Origin: Patescibacteria group bacterium
Lineage (GTDB): Bacteria; Patescibacteriota; UBA1384; XYA2-FULL-43-10; 1-14-0-10-43-13
Length of the DNA: 64,000 bases
Reading direction: 5' to 3'
NCBI GenBank assembly: GCA_041671645.1
Contig: JBAZBD010000001.1
Location: 412,890-476,889, forward strand
The first letter of the stretch is position 1. The number at the start of each line of letters is the position of its first letter. A program made the translations under genes and the position numbers. Shown in pieces: positions 55,535-64,000 of this stretch. The notes under the pieces are model-generated. The model was not told where the DNA came from and made no database searches. It worked only from the letters and a program-made list of their open reading frames with translations.

Positions 55535-58138
55535 TTGGGGAAAATCACCATCATAAAAGCTCTGAAATTAAGATTCAGGTTTCGTATCCTGACTGTTTTG
55601 GCGTGTCTGGTACTGGTGGTAGCGCTGGGTGGAATTCTGATCAGCAACAATCCTCGTTTGACACGGGCTAACGGGATTTATCTCATTTCTGAGATATGCA
55701 CAGTCGAAGGCGCTTGGGAGCTAGTTTGGAATGACCCTTATTGCGATGGTTATAATGTATCGGTCCCGGCTGGAGCTACGCTTACGATACGGGGGGGCAG
55801 AACATTCAAAGATGTGACTGTCGACGGCGGTACTTTGATCACTTATGGCGGCCCGCATAACTTTACGAATTTAACTGTGAAAAATAGCGGCACAGTGACT
55901 CACGACGCTCTTGCTCAAAACGAAACTATAATTGCTGACAACTCTAGTACCAAAATGGTCAATCTTAATGTTTCTGGCAGGCTACTACTCGAGTCAGGCG
56001 GCAAGATAAATGTGGATGGCAAAGGCTACGCGGGGGGGGTAAGAGATGATGTTAACGGCGACGGTCCTGGCGGCGGCGGCGGACATTTTGCTGGTGAGTT
56101 TACACTAGAATATGATACTTTTGGCGCTGGCGGATCAAATGCGGGCTGGGGGGGCAATGGAGCTTACGACACTTCCGACTCTGGGGGCGCGACCGGTATA
56201 ACAGGTCCCTCACCCTACCCAAGTTTTCTTTTGCCACAATATCAATATGGTTCTGGCGGCGGCTACGCCTTTGCTCATAGAACGGGTGGTTCCGCTGAAT
56301 CGTTTGGCGGAAGCGGCGGTGGCAGGATCAAAATCAATGCAGACACTATTGAGCTATCTGGGAGTTCCTTCATCTCTGCAAATGGTACTAGTAGTGTTGC
56401 TCAACAAGATCGTAATCAAAACAACAAGAAGGTCGCTGGCGGCGGCGCTGGCGGCGGCGGCTATATCTCGATAACTGTTTCGAAATATTTGGCAAGTACC
56501 CAAAGTGGTGTTGATCCTTCTGGCAATGTTAAGGCTGGCCAATTGACAAGTGGATCCAAAGGCACCGTTGGTCAAATTACTGCGGGGCTCAGTAATTATG
56601 CTTATTTATACGCAGTACATGCCTACGGCGGTGATGCATTGGACGGTACCGAGGCTACTAATAGCGGCGGAACTGGCGGAGGCGGTTATGTTTCCATTAC
56701 CACTTCTAGCTTTGCGTCTACATGTTTGCTCCAGTCGGGTGTCAACAAACCCATACCCGCTGATTGTGAAAATCGGGATGTGGTGGTTGATGGTTTGAAC
56801 CAAGATTTGCCGACCGATTATTTAACAAATACGACAACAGCAAAGGTGTACGCAGATCTCTCGGATACTTCATTGGCGAGTTCCAAACGTCATTTTTCGA
56901 GCCTGACCATTAAGAACAAAGGGGTATTAACACACCTTGGATCTAGCGATTATTCTGACCAAGCAGTTTTCAAGAAGTTGGCGGCTGTTGACATAGAGAC
57001 AAGCGGAGATATCACACTCGAAAGTGGCGGTGTGATTGATGTAACGGGTAAGGGATATGCAGGTGGAGCTGCCGGAACGGCTGATGTACTTTACGTTTAT
57101 TCACACCCAACAAATGGTATGGGACCTGGTGGTGGCAAGGCCGCAGCCTACGGAGAATGGACGCTTCCTGCCGGTTATACCAATAACTTAGTCAATAATG
57201 ATCTTGTCGGCGGCGGCGGTAGCTATGCCGGGGCCGGCGGCGGGGTAACCGGAACGAATAGTTATAGCGATGGTTCGACGTCTTGGTCTGCATCGCTCTA
57301 TTCGACCGGTACGTTTGGCCTTGGCTCTGGCGGCGGCGGAGTAAGTAATATGACTGTTACAAGCTCGGTTTTCGCTGGAGAGCCAAATTTCCGTTTTGCT
57401 AGCGGCGGTGCCGGTGGTGGACGTGTCCGTCTCGTTAGTACCGCCGGAAAAATTATTTTCCATGGCACTGCGCAGGTACTAGCCAAAGGGCTAAAGGGTT
57501 CCAATCATTGCACTTTATCTTGTGATGCTTCCGCTATCGGCGGTTCAGGATCTGGTGGTTCGATTATACTAAATGCTACAGAATTCGATTTTGATACCAG
57601 CCCAAATATTAATGCAGATAATGGTGCGAATGGCTCTGCCATTGCTCCAAACGGTCTTGTCCAGAGCGCTCCAACCCTGGTTCTCGCTCCATCCATAACA
57701 GGCAACATCAATATTTTAGCTGGTGGTGGCAATCTTAATGATTCTAATACCACCAACTTGGGCGGGTATGGCGGCGGCGGAGCGATTGTCTTTGAATTAG
57801 TTACTCGAAACGGGGTTACGATCAAGAAGACACTTACGGCGATCGAACGACCAGGTGCGTCACCGATAAATAATTTTAATCCTTACGCTTTGCGGAAGAA
57901 CGATAAGATTTTGGTTACACTTGACCTGACCAATTTGCCGACGGGTCAGTCTGTTACGGTAACGGACGATCTACTGACGACGCCTGGCGGATCAACTTCA
58001 TATGCCATTTGTGGTGGTGATATTATCGACGGCCCGACCGATCAAGGATACACTAGCAAAACTGCTTCACTGATCACATGGACATTTACACCAGCTTCTC
58101 AAAGCAAGAGATTGTCTTACCAGTGCAAAGTTCAATAG
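55535..58138 (+). CDS. Giant Gly-rich surface protein (beta-helix-like repeats), N-terminal TM
   Basis: 867 aa; recurring ...DGKGYAGG.../...TGKGYAGGAAG... and GGGxGGGG blocks; no catalytic motif; immediately upstream of the pilus genes. Confidence 0.45.
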   Translation: MGKITIIKALKLRFRFRILTVLACLVLVVALGGILISNNPRLTRANGIYLISEICTVEGAWELVWNDPYCDGYNVSVPAGATLTIRGGRTFKDVTVDGGTLITYGGPHNFTNLTVKNSGTVTHDALAQNETIIADNSSTKMVNLNVSGRLLLESGGKINVDGKGYAGGVRDDVNGDGPGGGGGHFAGEFTLEYDTFGAGGSNAGWGGNGAYDTSDSGGATGITGPSPYPSFLLPQYQYGSGGGYAFAHRTGGSAESFGGSGGGRIKINADTIELSGSSFISANGTSSVAQQDRNQNNKKVAGGGAGGGGYISITVSKYLASTQSGVDPSGNVKAGQLTSGSKGTVGQITAGLSNYAYLYAVHAYGGDALDGTEATNSGGTGGGGYVSITTSSFASTCLLQSGVNKPIPADCENRDVVVDGLNQDLPTDYLTNTTTAKVYADLSDTSLASSKRHFSSLTIKNKGVLTHLGSSDYSDQAVFKKLAAVDIETSGDITLESGGVIDVTGKGYAGGAAGTADVLYVYSHPTNGMGPGGGKAAAYGEWTLPAGYTNNLVNNDLVGGGGSYAGAGGGVTGTNSYSDGSTSWSASLYSTGTFGLGSGGGGVSNMTVTSSVFAGEPNFRFASGGAGGGRVRLVSTAGKIIFHGTAQVLAKGLKGSNHCTLSCDASAIGGSGSGGSIILNATEFDFDTSPNINADNGANGSAIAPNGLVQSAPTLVLAPSITGNINILAGGGNLNDSNTTNLGGYGGGGAIVFELVTRNGVTIKKTLTAIERPGASPINNFNPYALRKNDKILVTLDLTNLPTGQSVTVTDDLLTTPGGSTSYAICGGDIIDGPTDQGYTSKTASLITWTFTPASQSKRLSYQCKVQ

Positions 58139-58160
58139 AACAGAAATCTAATCCAACTGA

Positions 58161-59318
58161 ATGAGAAAGCATATTTACGAATTTATTTTGATCCTTGTCT
58201 TGTCTTTGTTCGCCTTGGACAAGGCTTTTGCTGACGCTGGCAGATTGCCCGAGATGATGGTGGGCCAAACTACTGTGACCAGCCCCAACAGCGTCTCTTA
58301 TGGCGGAATGACGGGCAATTATGCGGTTTACAACGAAGATGCAACTTTGAGCTATGGCTTTAATATCGGCAATTTGAAGCTGAGCAATGCGGCCGATAGC
58401 TGCCTCGCTATATCCAACCCGATTTGTTTTGTCCTCGGCAAAGGCTTGATTGGCGCTGATTCAGTCGGTAACGCGGGCAAATTAATGACGAGCCGCACTT
58501 ACGTCGATGTCGGTGATGGCCAAGGACCGATCACAAGGCATGAGCTACCGGCGCTTTTCCTCGGCACCAATACAATAATGGGTGATACCTTTGGACTTAG
58601 CTCTAGTCTTTTCGACTACTGGGGCAAGAACACTGTAGGGAGTGGTGGGGACATCCATAGCACTGGCGCGACCTGGGAAATGCAAAATTACACTCTGAAT
58701 CCAAATTCACAGATGGCTTGGGACGGGACAAGCAACAATTATCAATTTGGAAAGTTCGATGACAAATTGCAAAATATGGCAGAGTCAGCTGTTTCGATTG
58801 GTTCGACTGCTCTAAACGGCAATAACCTTTGGAATCTGTGCGGCGAGAATCTAACTGATTCTTATGACGCGGCCACCTCATGCTCTGGCTATCCAGAAGG
58901 GAAGACTTGGGTTGTCGACGGAGATCTAGATTTGACGGCTTCCAGTGCTAGGACGATTCAATTCCAGGGAGTTGGTACAATTATTGTAAACGGGGACATT
59001 AAAATTGGTGCGAATATTAATATCCAGTCTATGGATAACAAGATGTTAGACAAAATCGGTTTCATCGCCAATGGCGGCGTATCTAGCAATGGAGACTGTT
59101 CTTATGGTGGCGGTGGATCGATTAATGCGATGCTCTTTTGCAAAGAAACAATGACGATTGGTCCTAATTCAGAAATGACTGGATCTTTCGTGGCTAAGAA
59201 TTTCAGCGACCCAACCAATGTAAGCTTCTTCTTTGACTACAATCTAGATGGCAAAGTGCCCCCTGGATTCCGGACTCTGATAGTGCCAAAGTCAAATGAG
59301 GTGGGGAACAAACCATAA
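58161..59318 (+). CDS. Secreted hypothetical protein (pilus-locus associated)
   Basis: Signal peptide MRKHIYEFILILVLSLFALDKAFA; 385 aa. Confidence 0.4.
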   Translation: MRKHIYEFILILVLSLFALDKAFADAGRLPEMMVGQTTVTSPNSVSYGGMTGNYAVYNEDATLSYGFNIGNLKLSNAADSCLAISNPICFVLGKGLIGADSVGNAGKLMTSRTYVDVGDGQGPITRHELPALFLGTNTIMGDTFGLSSSLFDYWGKNTVGSGGDIHSTGATWEMQNYTLNPNSQMAWDGTSNNYQFGKFDDKLQNMAESAVSIGSTALNGNNLWNLCGENLTDSYDAATSCSGYPEGKTWVVDGDLDLTASSARTIQFQGVGTIIVNGDIKIGANINIQSMDNKMLDKIGFIANGGVSSNGDCSYGGGGSINAMLFCKETMTIGPNSEMTGSFVAKNFSDPTNVSFFFDYNLDGKVPPGFRTLIVPKSNEVGNKP

Positions 59319-59520
59319 GTGCCAAAAAATTTCTAATTACTAATTTTTAATTTCTAAACAAATCCGAAATCTAAAAATTTCAATTCAAAATATTTAGGTC
59401 AATTAAGCCAAAGGCTCCCCTTTGGGGGAGCAATTAGATTAATTAGAAATTGATTTAATTTATTGTAAATAAATTAAATTCATATATAATATAGTTAAGC
59501 ATTCTAACGGAGGGGTTCAG

Positions 59521-60141
59521 ATGGACTTATCAAATATTTTAGGCAAGGGCTCAGGGAAGCCCTCTCGTGCCGACTCCAATGGTCAATTCAAGATCATGTC
59601 GGATTCTGGCTCGAATCCCTCAATCATCATACTCTGGGTTGGGGTCGCAATTTCTGTTTTAGCGAGCGGATTTTTGATGTATCAAAATTTCAGCATGAAG
59701 AGCCGTGTAGCAGACAAGAAGGTTGAACGCGATACGACTGTGGCCAAGCTTGATTCATCCAATTACAGACAGATTAGAGCGGAGGCAACCGAGATTCAGG
59801 CAAAAATAGCTCAAATCGAAGCTGCTCTCGACAGGAGATATCCTATGGCTGATTTCATGCCTCAGATTTTCCAACGGATCAACTCCAACGTCACGGTCAC
59901 CAGTATTTCTCTGACGAATGAGGGCAAGTTTGCCATGACTGGCAAAACTGACAGCTACCGTGGTGCCGCTGACCAGGTTATGACTTTTGAGGCTTGGAAA
60001 TCGAAGGATATAGCGGTTATGAACAATATCGAATTAGGGTCTATCGCTATCTCGGCCGCCAACAACAATACTGGCAGTGTTCCAGTCACTATCACTGCCG
60101 CTATCCCGACGATTCCTAGCACAGTGGAAGGAGCACAATGA
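59521..60141 (+). CDS. PilN-like type IV pilus assembly protein
   Basis: Short cytoplasmic N-terminus, single TM, coiled coil, then periplasmic domain; gene order ahead of the PilO-like gene and PilB. Confidence 0.5.
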   Translation: MDLSNILGKGSGKPSRADSNGQFKIMSDSGSNPSIIILWVGVAISVLASGFLMYQNFSMKSRVADKKVERDTTVAKLDSSNYRQIRAEATEIQAKIAQIEAALDRRYPMADFMPQIFQRINSNVTVTSISLTNEGKFAMTGKTDSYRGAADQVMTFEAWKSKDIAVMNNIELGSIAISAANNNTGSVPVTITAAIPTIPSTVEGAQ

Positions 60142-60701
60142 ACAGCAAAAATTTGATGAAATTTGTCCTTCCAATCGTTTTGATCCTTTTGTTTCTCGCC
60201 GTCAGCTATTTTTATACTTTCGCACAGCTTTCATCGAAATATTCTGATATCAAAAAATATGATGACGAGACAATCTCGGCTCAGTCCAATCTAACGGCTC
60301 TCGAGAAGACAAAGACATTACTAGACAAATCCAAATCAACATTGGCTGACGCCAAGGTGGCGGTAGCTGATGACAAAGATTCGCCCAATATTATTGCTGA
60401 GCTTGAGAGACTAGCGGCTCGCTACGGAGCAATCATTCCAAGCGTTCAGATCAGCGATGTCGCCACTTCTGCTTCGAAGTCAAAGAGTCTCGCCAGTGTA
60501 GGGAATGGACTGATTACTCCGGTAACAGTTTCCTTCATGATTTCTGGATCTGCCGACAATATGAAGGCTTTCGTCGAGACTTTAGAAAATGATCTCAAGA
60601 TATTTAATATCAAAAGCATGGTCGTATCAAGCTCGACTAGCGGATTGACGCTCTCGATCCAGGCAGAAATTTACAAGAGCGCGTCTACAGCAACTAAATA
60701 A
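60138..60701 (+). CDS. PilO-like type IV pilus assembly protein
   Basis: N-terminal TM, coiled coil, ferredoxin-like periplasmic region; 4-nt overlap with the preceding gene. Confidence 0.5.
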   Translation: MNSKNLMKFVLPIVLILLFLAVSYFYTFAQLSSKYSDIKKYDDETISAQSNLTALEKTKTLLDKSKSTLADAKVAVADDKDSPNIIAELERLAARYGAIIPSVQISDVATSASKSKSLASVGNGLITPVTVSFMISGSADNMKAFVETLENDLKIFNIKSMVVSSSTSGLTLSIQAEIYKSASTATK

Positions 60702-60708
60702 GTGAGGG

Positions 60709-60966
60709 ATGATGAATACTGACAAAACAAACAATTTAGTTCTCTGGGGCAGTATCGCATTTGTCCTGCTCGTCCTTTTGGGATTTGGCTCACTTTGGTA
60801 TACCTCACGAAACGCGAACGTGGTTGCTTCTAGCACTGCCAATGTTGATGTCGTTCAGACAGAAGCAAAGGCCGAGAAACTCTTGACTGGCCGAGACAAT
60901 CTATCCGGGATGCCAGTCTCTGGCCCAACCAGCGATTCTGTCGGAAAAACTAATCCTTTCCAATAA
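60709..60966 (+). CDS. Small TM protein in the pilus operon (PilP-like?)
   Basis: 85 aa; one TM helix. Confidence 0.3.
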   Translation: MMNTDKTNNLVLWGSIAFVLLVLLGFGSLWYTSRNANVVASSTANVDVVQTEAKAEKLLTGRDNLSGMPVSGPTSDSVGKTNPFQ

Positions 60967-60971
60967 AATAG

Positions 60972-63479
60972 ATGGACAAGAAGGCAGCCTACCAAAATTA
61001 TTATCCCGTGACGGAGGATATATTAGCCACCCAGTCTATTCTGGATGTTTTTGTTTTACAAAATATTCTCGATCCGGAGGATGCCGATAAGCTCAAAGCG
61101 AAACTCAAGACCAATCGTGAGGTTGAGGATTTCTTGCTTAGAAACAGAATCGTCTCCAGGGATACGATCAACAAGGCCTACAGCATTATCTTCAAATTGC
61201 CATATATCGAGCTCAAAAACGTCGAAATTAGTGAAGAATTACGCAAGGCAGTGCCAGAGAAACTGGTCCGGAAATACGGCATTATTCCTTTCGGGATCAC
61301 CGAAGGGATTCTCCGACTGGCTATGTATTTACCAGCTGACTTGTTGGTTAACTACCAGACAGGCCTAATCCAGCTTTTCGCCGATAGGGACTTGAAAATC
61401 GAGCTCTATATTACGGGACAAAGCGATTTCAACGAATGCTTGAAACAGTACCAGGGCAAGGCCAACCAACTTTTGATCAAGAAGGGGAGCCTGCCGGTAG
61501 TTTTCTTACGCAATCAAAATATTTCACAGAAGTTTTTGACCAAAATCCCGCTCGAATTTATCCAGAAATACAGAATCGCAGTTTTTGGCCAAAATGCCAA
61601 CAATTACTTCCTGGTCGCCTGCGAGCAGCCAGATTCTCCAGTTGTAATTCGCATTCTGGAGTTTATTGAGAAGGAAAACAATATTAAGGTTGAGAGATTT
61701 GCTACTTCGAGAGAGGATATTGACTATATTATTGGGCTCCTCGACAAGAAAGCTCAGCCTGCTAAGACTGCGGATAACTCTAAAGAAGCCGAAACAAAAA
61801 CAGCGGCAATATCCTCAAATCCGAAGATAAAGGATAAGGATTCGCTCGCCTCGATGCTGGATAATTTCCTGGGCTCAAACGATCCGAAGTTGACAGTTGA
61901 CGAAATACCAAACGCAGATCTAGTTTCTAGGCCTGATCCCGCCGAGAAACCGAAGGTTGGCAGGGATGCGATCGCCGAAATGACTGCTGTCAGCGCTACA
62001 CCTTCCTCAGATACTACAACTACACAGAATAATACTTCGGAAACCGATCAGGCAAAAAAGGCTGACGCTACCGCTGAACAAATTGCCCCCTCCAACGAGA
62101 TCAAAGCCCCCGAGGGCGCAGGCGGCGAATTTACAGTCACTGCTGAAGCGAAGAAGCAAAAAGTAGCTGCCGACAATTCTGAAGCTGAAGGTGCGGAGAA
62201 AAGCAGCCTTGATTCCAACGATATCGGAGCTCTGATTCGGGAGGAAGTTAAGACTTTGGCTCAGCTTGAATCGATCGCTAAGGAAGGGTTTATCCCCAAA
62301 ATTGTTGCGGCGGTCATCGACTTTGCCTTGAACCAGCGAAGTAGTGATATCCATGTCGAACCAAATGTCAAAGATATGCGGATTCGCTGTAGAATTGATG
62401 GAATTTTGACTGATGTCCTCAAGATGCCGCCCAAAATGCAGCCGCCTTTCGTTAGCCGTATCAAGATTATGTCGCGTCTCAAAATTGATGAGACTAGAGT
62501 ACCACAGGACGGTCGATTTGACGTGAAATTCATGGATCATGAAGTTGATGTCCGTGTCTCGACTTTGCCGACAGTTCATGGCGAGAAGATCGTGATGAGA
62601 GTTCTGGACAAGAGCAAAAGCATGCTTTCGCTTGAGGATTTGGGCGTGACTGGCAGTGCTTCGGAGAAAACGATCGATGCGATGAAAAAACCCTATGGCA
62701 TTATCCTGGTAACCGGCCCTACGGGGTCAGGAAAGTCCACTACATTATATGCAATACTTAGCCGTTTATCCGTTCCTGGAGTGAATATTGTGACACTTGA
62801 AGATCCAGTTGAATATGAGATCCCTGGCATCAATCAGTGCCAGGTCAAGCCAGAAATCGGCTTTACTTTCGCTTCGGGTCTCCGAAGTATCTTGCGTCAA
62901 GACCCAAATATTATTATGGTTGGTGAAATTCGTGATGCTGAGACCGCCTCGATGGCTACCCACGCCGCTCTCACTGGTCATTTGGTTCTCTCTACTCTTC
63001 ATACCAACGACACCGCCGGAGCATTGCCTAGACTGATCAACATGGGTGTAGAGCCATTTCTGATCACTTCCTCCATCAATCTAGTGGTCGCCCAGCGTCT
63101 TGTTCGCCGTATTTGTCCCAAGTGCAAGGAAGAGATGAAAATTCCACCAAAATTGATGGATGAGCTAAAAGCCGAAGTTGCCAAAATTCCGCAAAGCAAT
63201 CAGAAAGATTTTGCTCGTATACCGGCAGATCCGAAGGTTTTTTATGGCAAAGGCTGCTCTGATTGTAATCACGGTTACAAGGGCCGCATAGGAATTTTCG
63301 AAGTTATGTCGATAACTCCTAGCATCGAGGAGTTGGCGGTGACCAAGAGGCCGGCCAATGAGATCAAGGAGGTTTCAATCAAAGAGGGCATGATTACGAT
63401 GAAACAGGATGGAATACTCAAGGCCTTTGAGGGTCAGACAACGATAGACGAAGTTTTCCAGGCAGTGATCAACAGTTAA
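60972..63479 (+). CDS. pilB: Type IV pilus assembly ATPase PilB/GspE with an extended N-terminal region
   Basis: Walker A GPTGSGKSTT, Asp box, Walker B DPVEYE, His box LTGHLVLSTLHTND, tetracysteine CPKC...CSDC; 835 aa with two N-terminal GSPII_E_N-like segments and a ~130-aa low-complexity acidic linker. Confidence 0.85.
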   Translation: MDKKAAYQNYYPVTEDILATQSILDVFVLQNILDPEDADKLKAKLKTNREVEDFLLRNRIVSRDTINKAYSIIFKLPYIELKNVEISEELRKAVPEKLVRKYGIIPFGITEGILRLAMYLPADLLVNYQTGLIQLFADRDLKIELYITGQSDFNECLKQYQGKANQLLIKKGSLPVVFLRNQNISQKFLTKIPLEFIQKYRIAVFGQNANNYFLVACEQPDSPVVIRILEFIEKENNIKVERFATSREDIDYIIGLLDKKAQPAKTADNSKEAETKTAAISSNPKIKDKDSLASMLDNFLGSNDPKLTVDEIPNADLVSRPDPAEKPKVGRDAIAEMTAVSATPSSDTTTTQNNTSETDQAKKADATAEQIAPSNEIKAPEGAGGEFTVTAEAKKQKVAADNSEAEGAEKSSLDSNDIGALIREEVKTLAQLESIAKEGFIPKIVAAVIDFALNQRSSDIHVEPNVKDMRIRCRIDGILTDVLKMPPKMQPPFVSRIKIMSRLKIDETRVPQDGRFDVKFMDHEVDVRVSTLPTVHGEKIVMRVLDKSKSMLSLEDLGVTGSASEKTIDAMKKPYGIILVTGPTGSGKSTTLYAILSRLSVPGVNIVTLEDPVEYEIPGINQCQVKPEIGFTFASGLRSILRQDPNIIMVGEIRDAETASMATHAALTGHLVLSTLHTNDTAGALPRLINMGVEPFLITSSINLVVAQRLVRRICPKCKEEMKIPPKLMDELKAEVAKIPQSNQKDFARIPADPKVFYGKGCSDCNHGYKGRIGIFEVMSITPSIEELAVTKRPANEIKEVSIKEGMITMKQDGILKAFEGQTTIDEVFQAVINS

Positions 63480-63545
63480 TTTCCTTGCTTTGGCTCCTTA
63501 TTTACATTAAAATAAACATAACATAATAAAAGTCCTGGGAGGGGC

Positions 63546-64000
63546 ATGGGTGACGGAAGCTCGATAACTAAGTACTTGGATTTTGCGATTGCACAGAACG
63601 CTTCGGATGTTCATTTTTCTGTTGGCGTACCTGCGATGATCCGAGTAGACGGACGGCTTGCCGCTATCCCTGATGCGCCTATAATTTCCGATGCTGTGGC
63701 CCAAACTTTGATCACATCTTTCGTGCCCAAAGATCTATTGTTGACTCTCCGCCAGAAGAGAGAGCTCGACTTCTCCTTTGGCTACAAAAATATGCGTTTT
63801 CGTGTAAATGTATACTTCCAGAAAGGCTCAGTATCTGCCTCTCTCCGCTCGATACCGAAGGAAATCCGAGGTTTCAAGGAGCTTGGCCTTCCTCCAATTT
63901 TGGAGAAATTTACAGAGCACAGCCAAGGCTTTGTCGTGATTACCGGGCCTACTGGTTCGGGCAAGTCGACAACTTTGGCAGCGATGGTCAACAAAATCAA
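63546..64000 (+). CDS. pilT: Twitching-motility ATPase PilT (5' part; truncated by the window end)
   Basis: MGDGSSITKYLDFAIAQNASDVHFSVGVPAMIRVDGRL...ITGPTGSGKSTT; runs off the window end. Confidence 0.8.
   Translation, partial: MGDGSSITKYLDFAIAQNASDVHFSVGVPAMIRVDGRLAAIPDAPIISDAVAQTLITSFVPKDLLLTLRQKRELDFSFGYKNMRFRVNVYFQKGSVSASLRSIPKEIRGFKELGLPPILEKFTEHSQGFVVITGPTGSGKSTTLAAMVNKI

Noticed and set aside
1-64000. Mobile genetic elements (IS transposases, integrases, phage structural genes) and restriction-modification genes.
   Set aside because: None were recognised. No DDE, tyrosine or serine recombinase motifs were seen. Nothing was recognised as a DNA methyltransferase or restriction motif. 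The only signs of mobility are indirect (direct repeats, tRNA fragments, GC islets).

Overview
This 64 kb window appears to come from a low-GC (~40-45%), gene-dense bacterial chromosome. Genes are tightly packed and often overlap. Many proteins are membrane-anchored or secreted hydrolases, there are few biosynthetic genes, and a type IV pilus locus sits at the 3' end. This is reminiscent of reduced-genome Patescibacteria/CPR-like organisms, but that is an inference only.

The first 14 kb carries core housekeeping genes: a truncated PBP transglycosylase at the window edge, tyrS, argS, a GT4 glycosyltransferase, two tRNA-Pro genes, a HydG-like radical-SAM enzyme, and an ABC-2 exporter.

A remarkably tight, same-strand gene string runs from 17082 to 22464. 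It encodes an alpha/beta hydrolase, an HD phosphohydrolase, a NUDIX hydrolase, an S51 peptidase, a Pol-beta-type nucleotidyltransferase, an SDR epimerase and a catalytically intact RelA/SpoT-family nucleotide pyrophosphokinase with extra N- and C-terminal regions. A membrane-anchored winged-helix protein follows at 22504-22812. I propose this string as the most likely 'new system' in the window: a candidate alarmone- or nucleotide-based toxin/antitoxin, signalling or defence module.

The neighbourhood from 22.9 to 26 kb carries a repeated nested-palindrome element, in four copies. Two of the copies are embedded in 107/109-identical ~110 bp direct repeats that flank a 1.4 kb segment encoding a PaaX-like regulator.

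The remainder contains:
- arsenic-related genes (ArsC-like LMW-PTP, ArsP-like permease, arsR-arsM and a small ferredoxin);
- a PitA/DUF47 phosphate transport pair;
- an OmpR/histidine-kinase two-component pair;
- two tandem MacB-like ABC modules;
- an M50 protease;
- rpmB;
- holB with a PSP1/RicT gene;
- a tRNA-Thr/Tyr/Thr-rpmG-tRNA-Trp cluster with odd pseudo-tRNA fragments and hairpin clusters;
- several extracellular glycoside hydrolases and an amidase;
- a Y-family DNA polymerase;
- a type IV pilus locus (giant Gly-rich surface protein, PilN/O-like proteins, PilB, partial PilT).

No CRISPR array, transposase or integrase was recognised.
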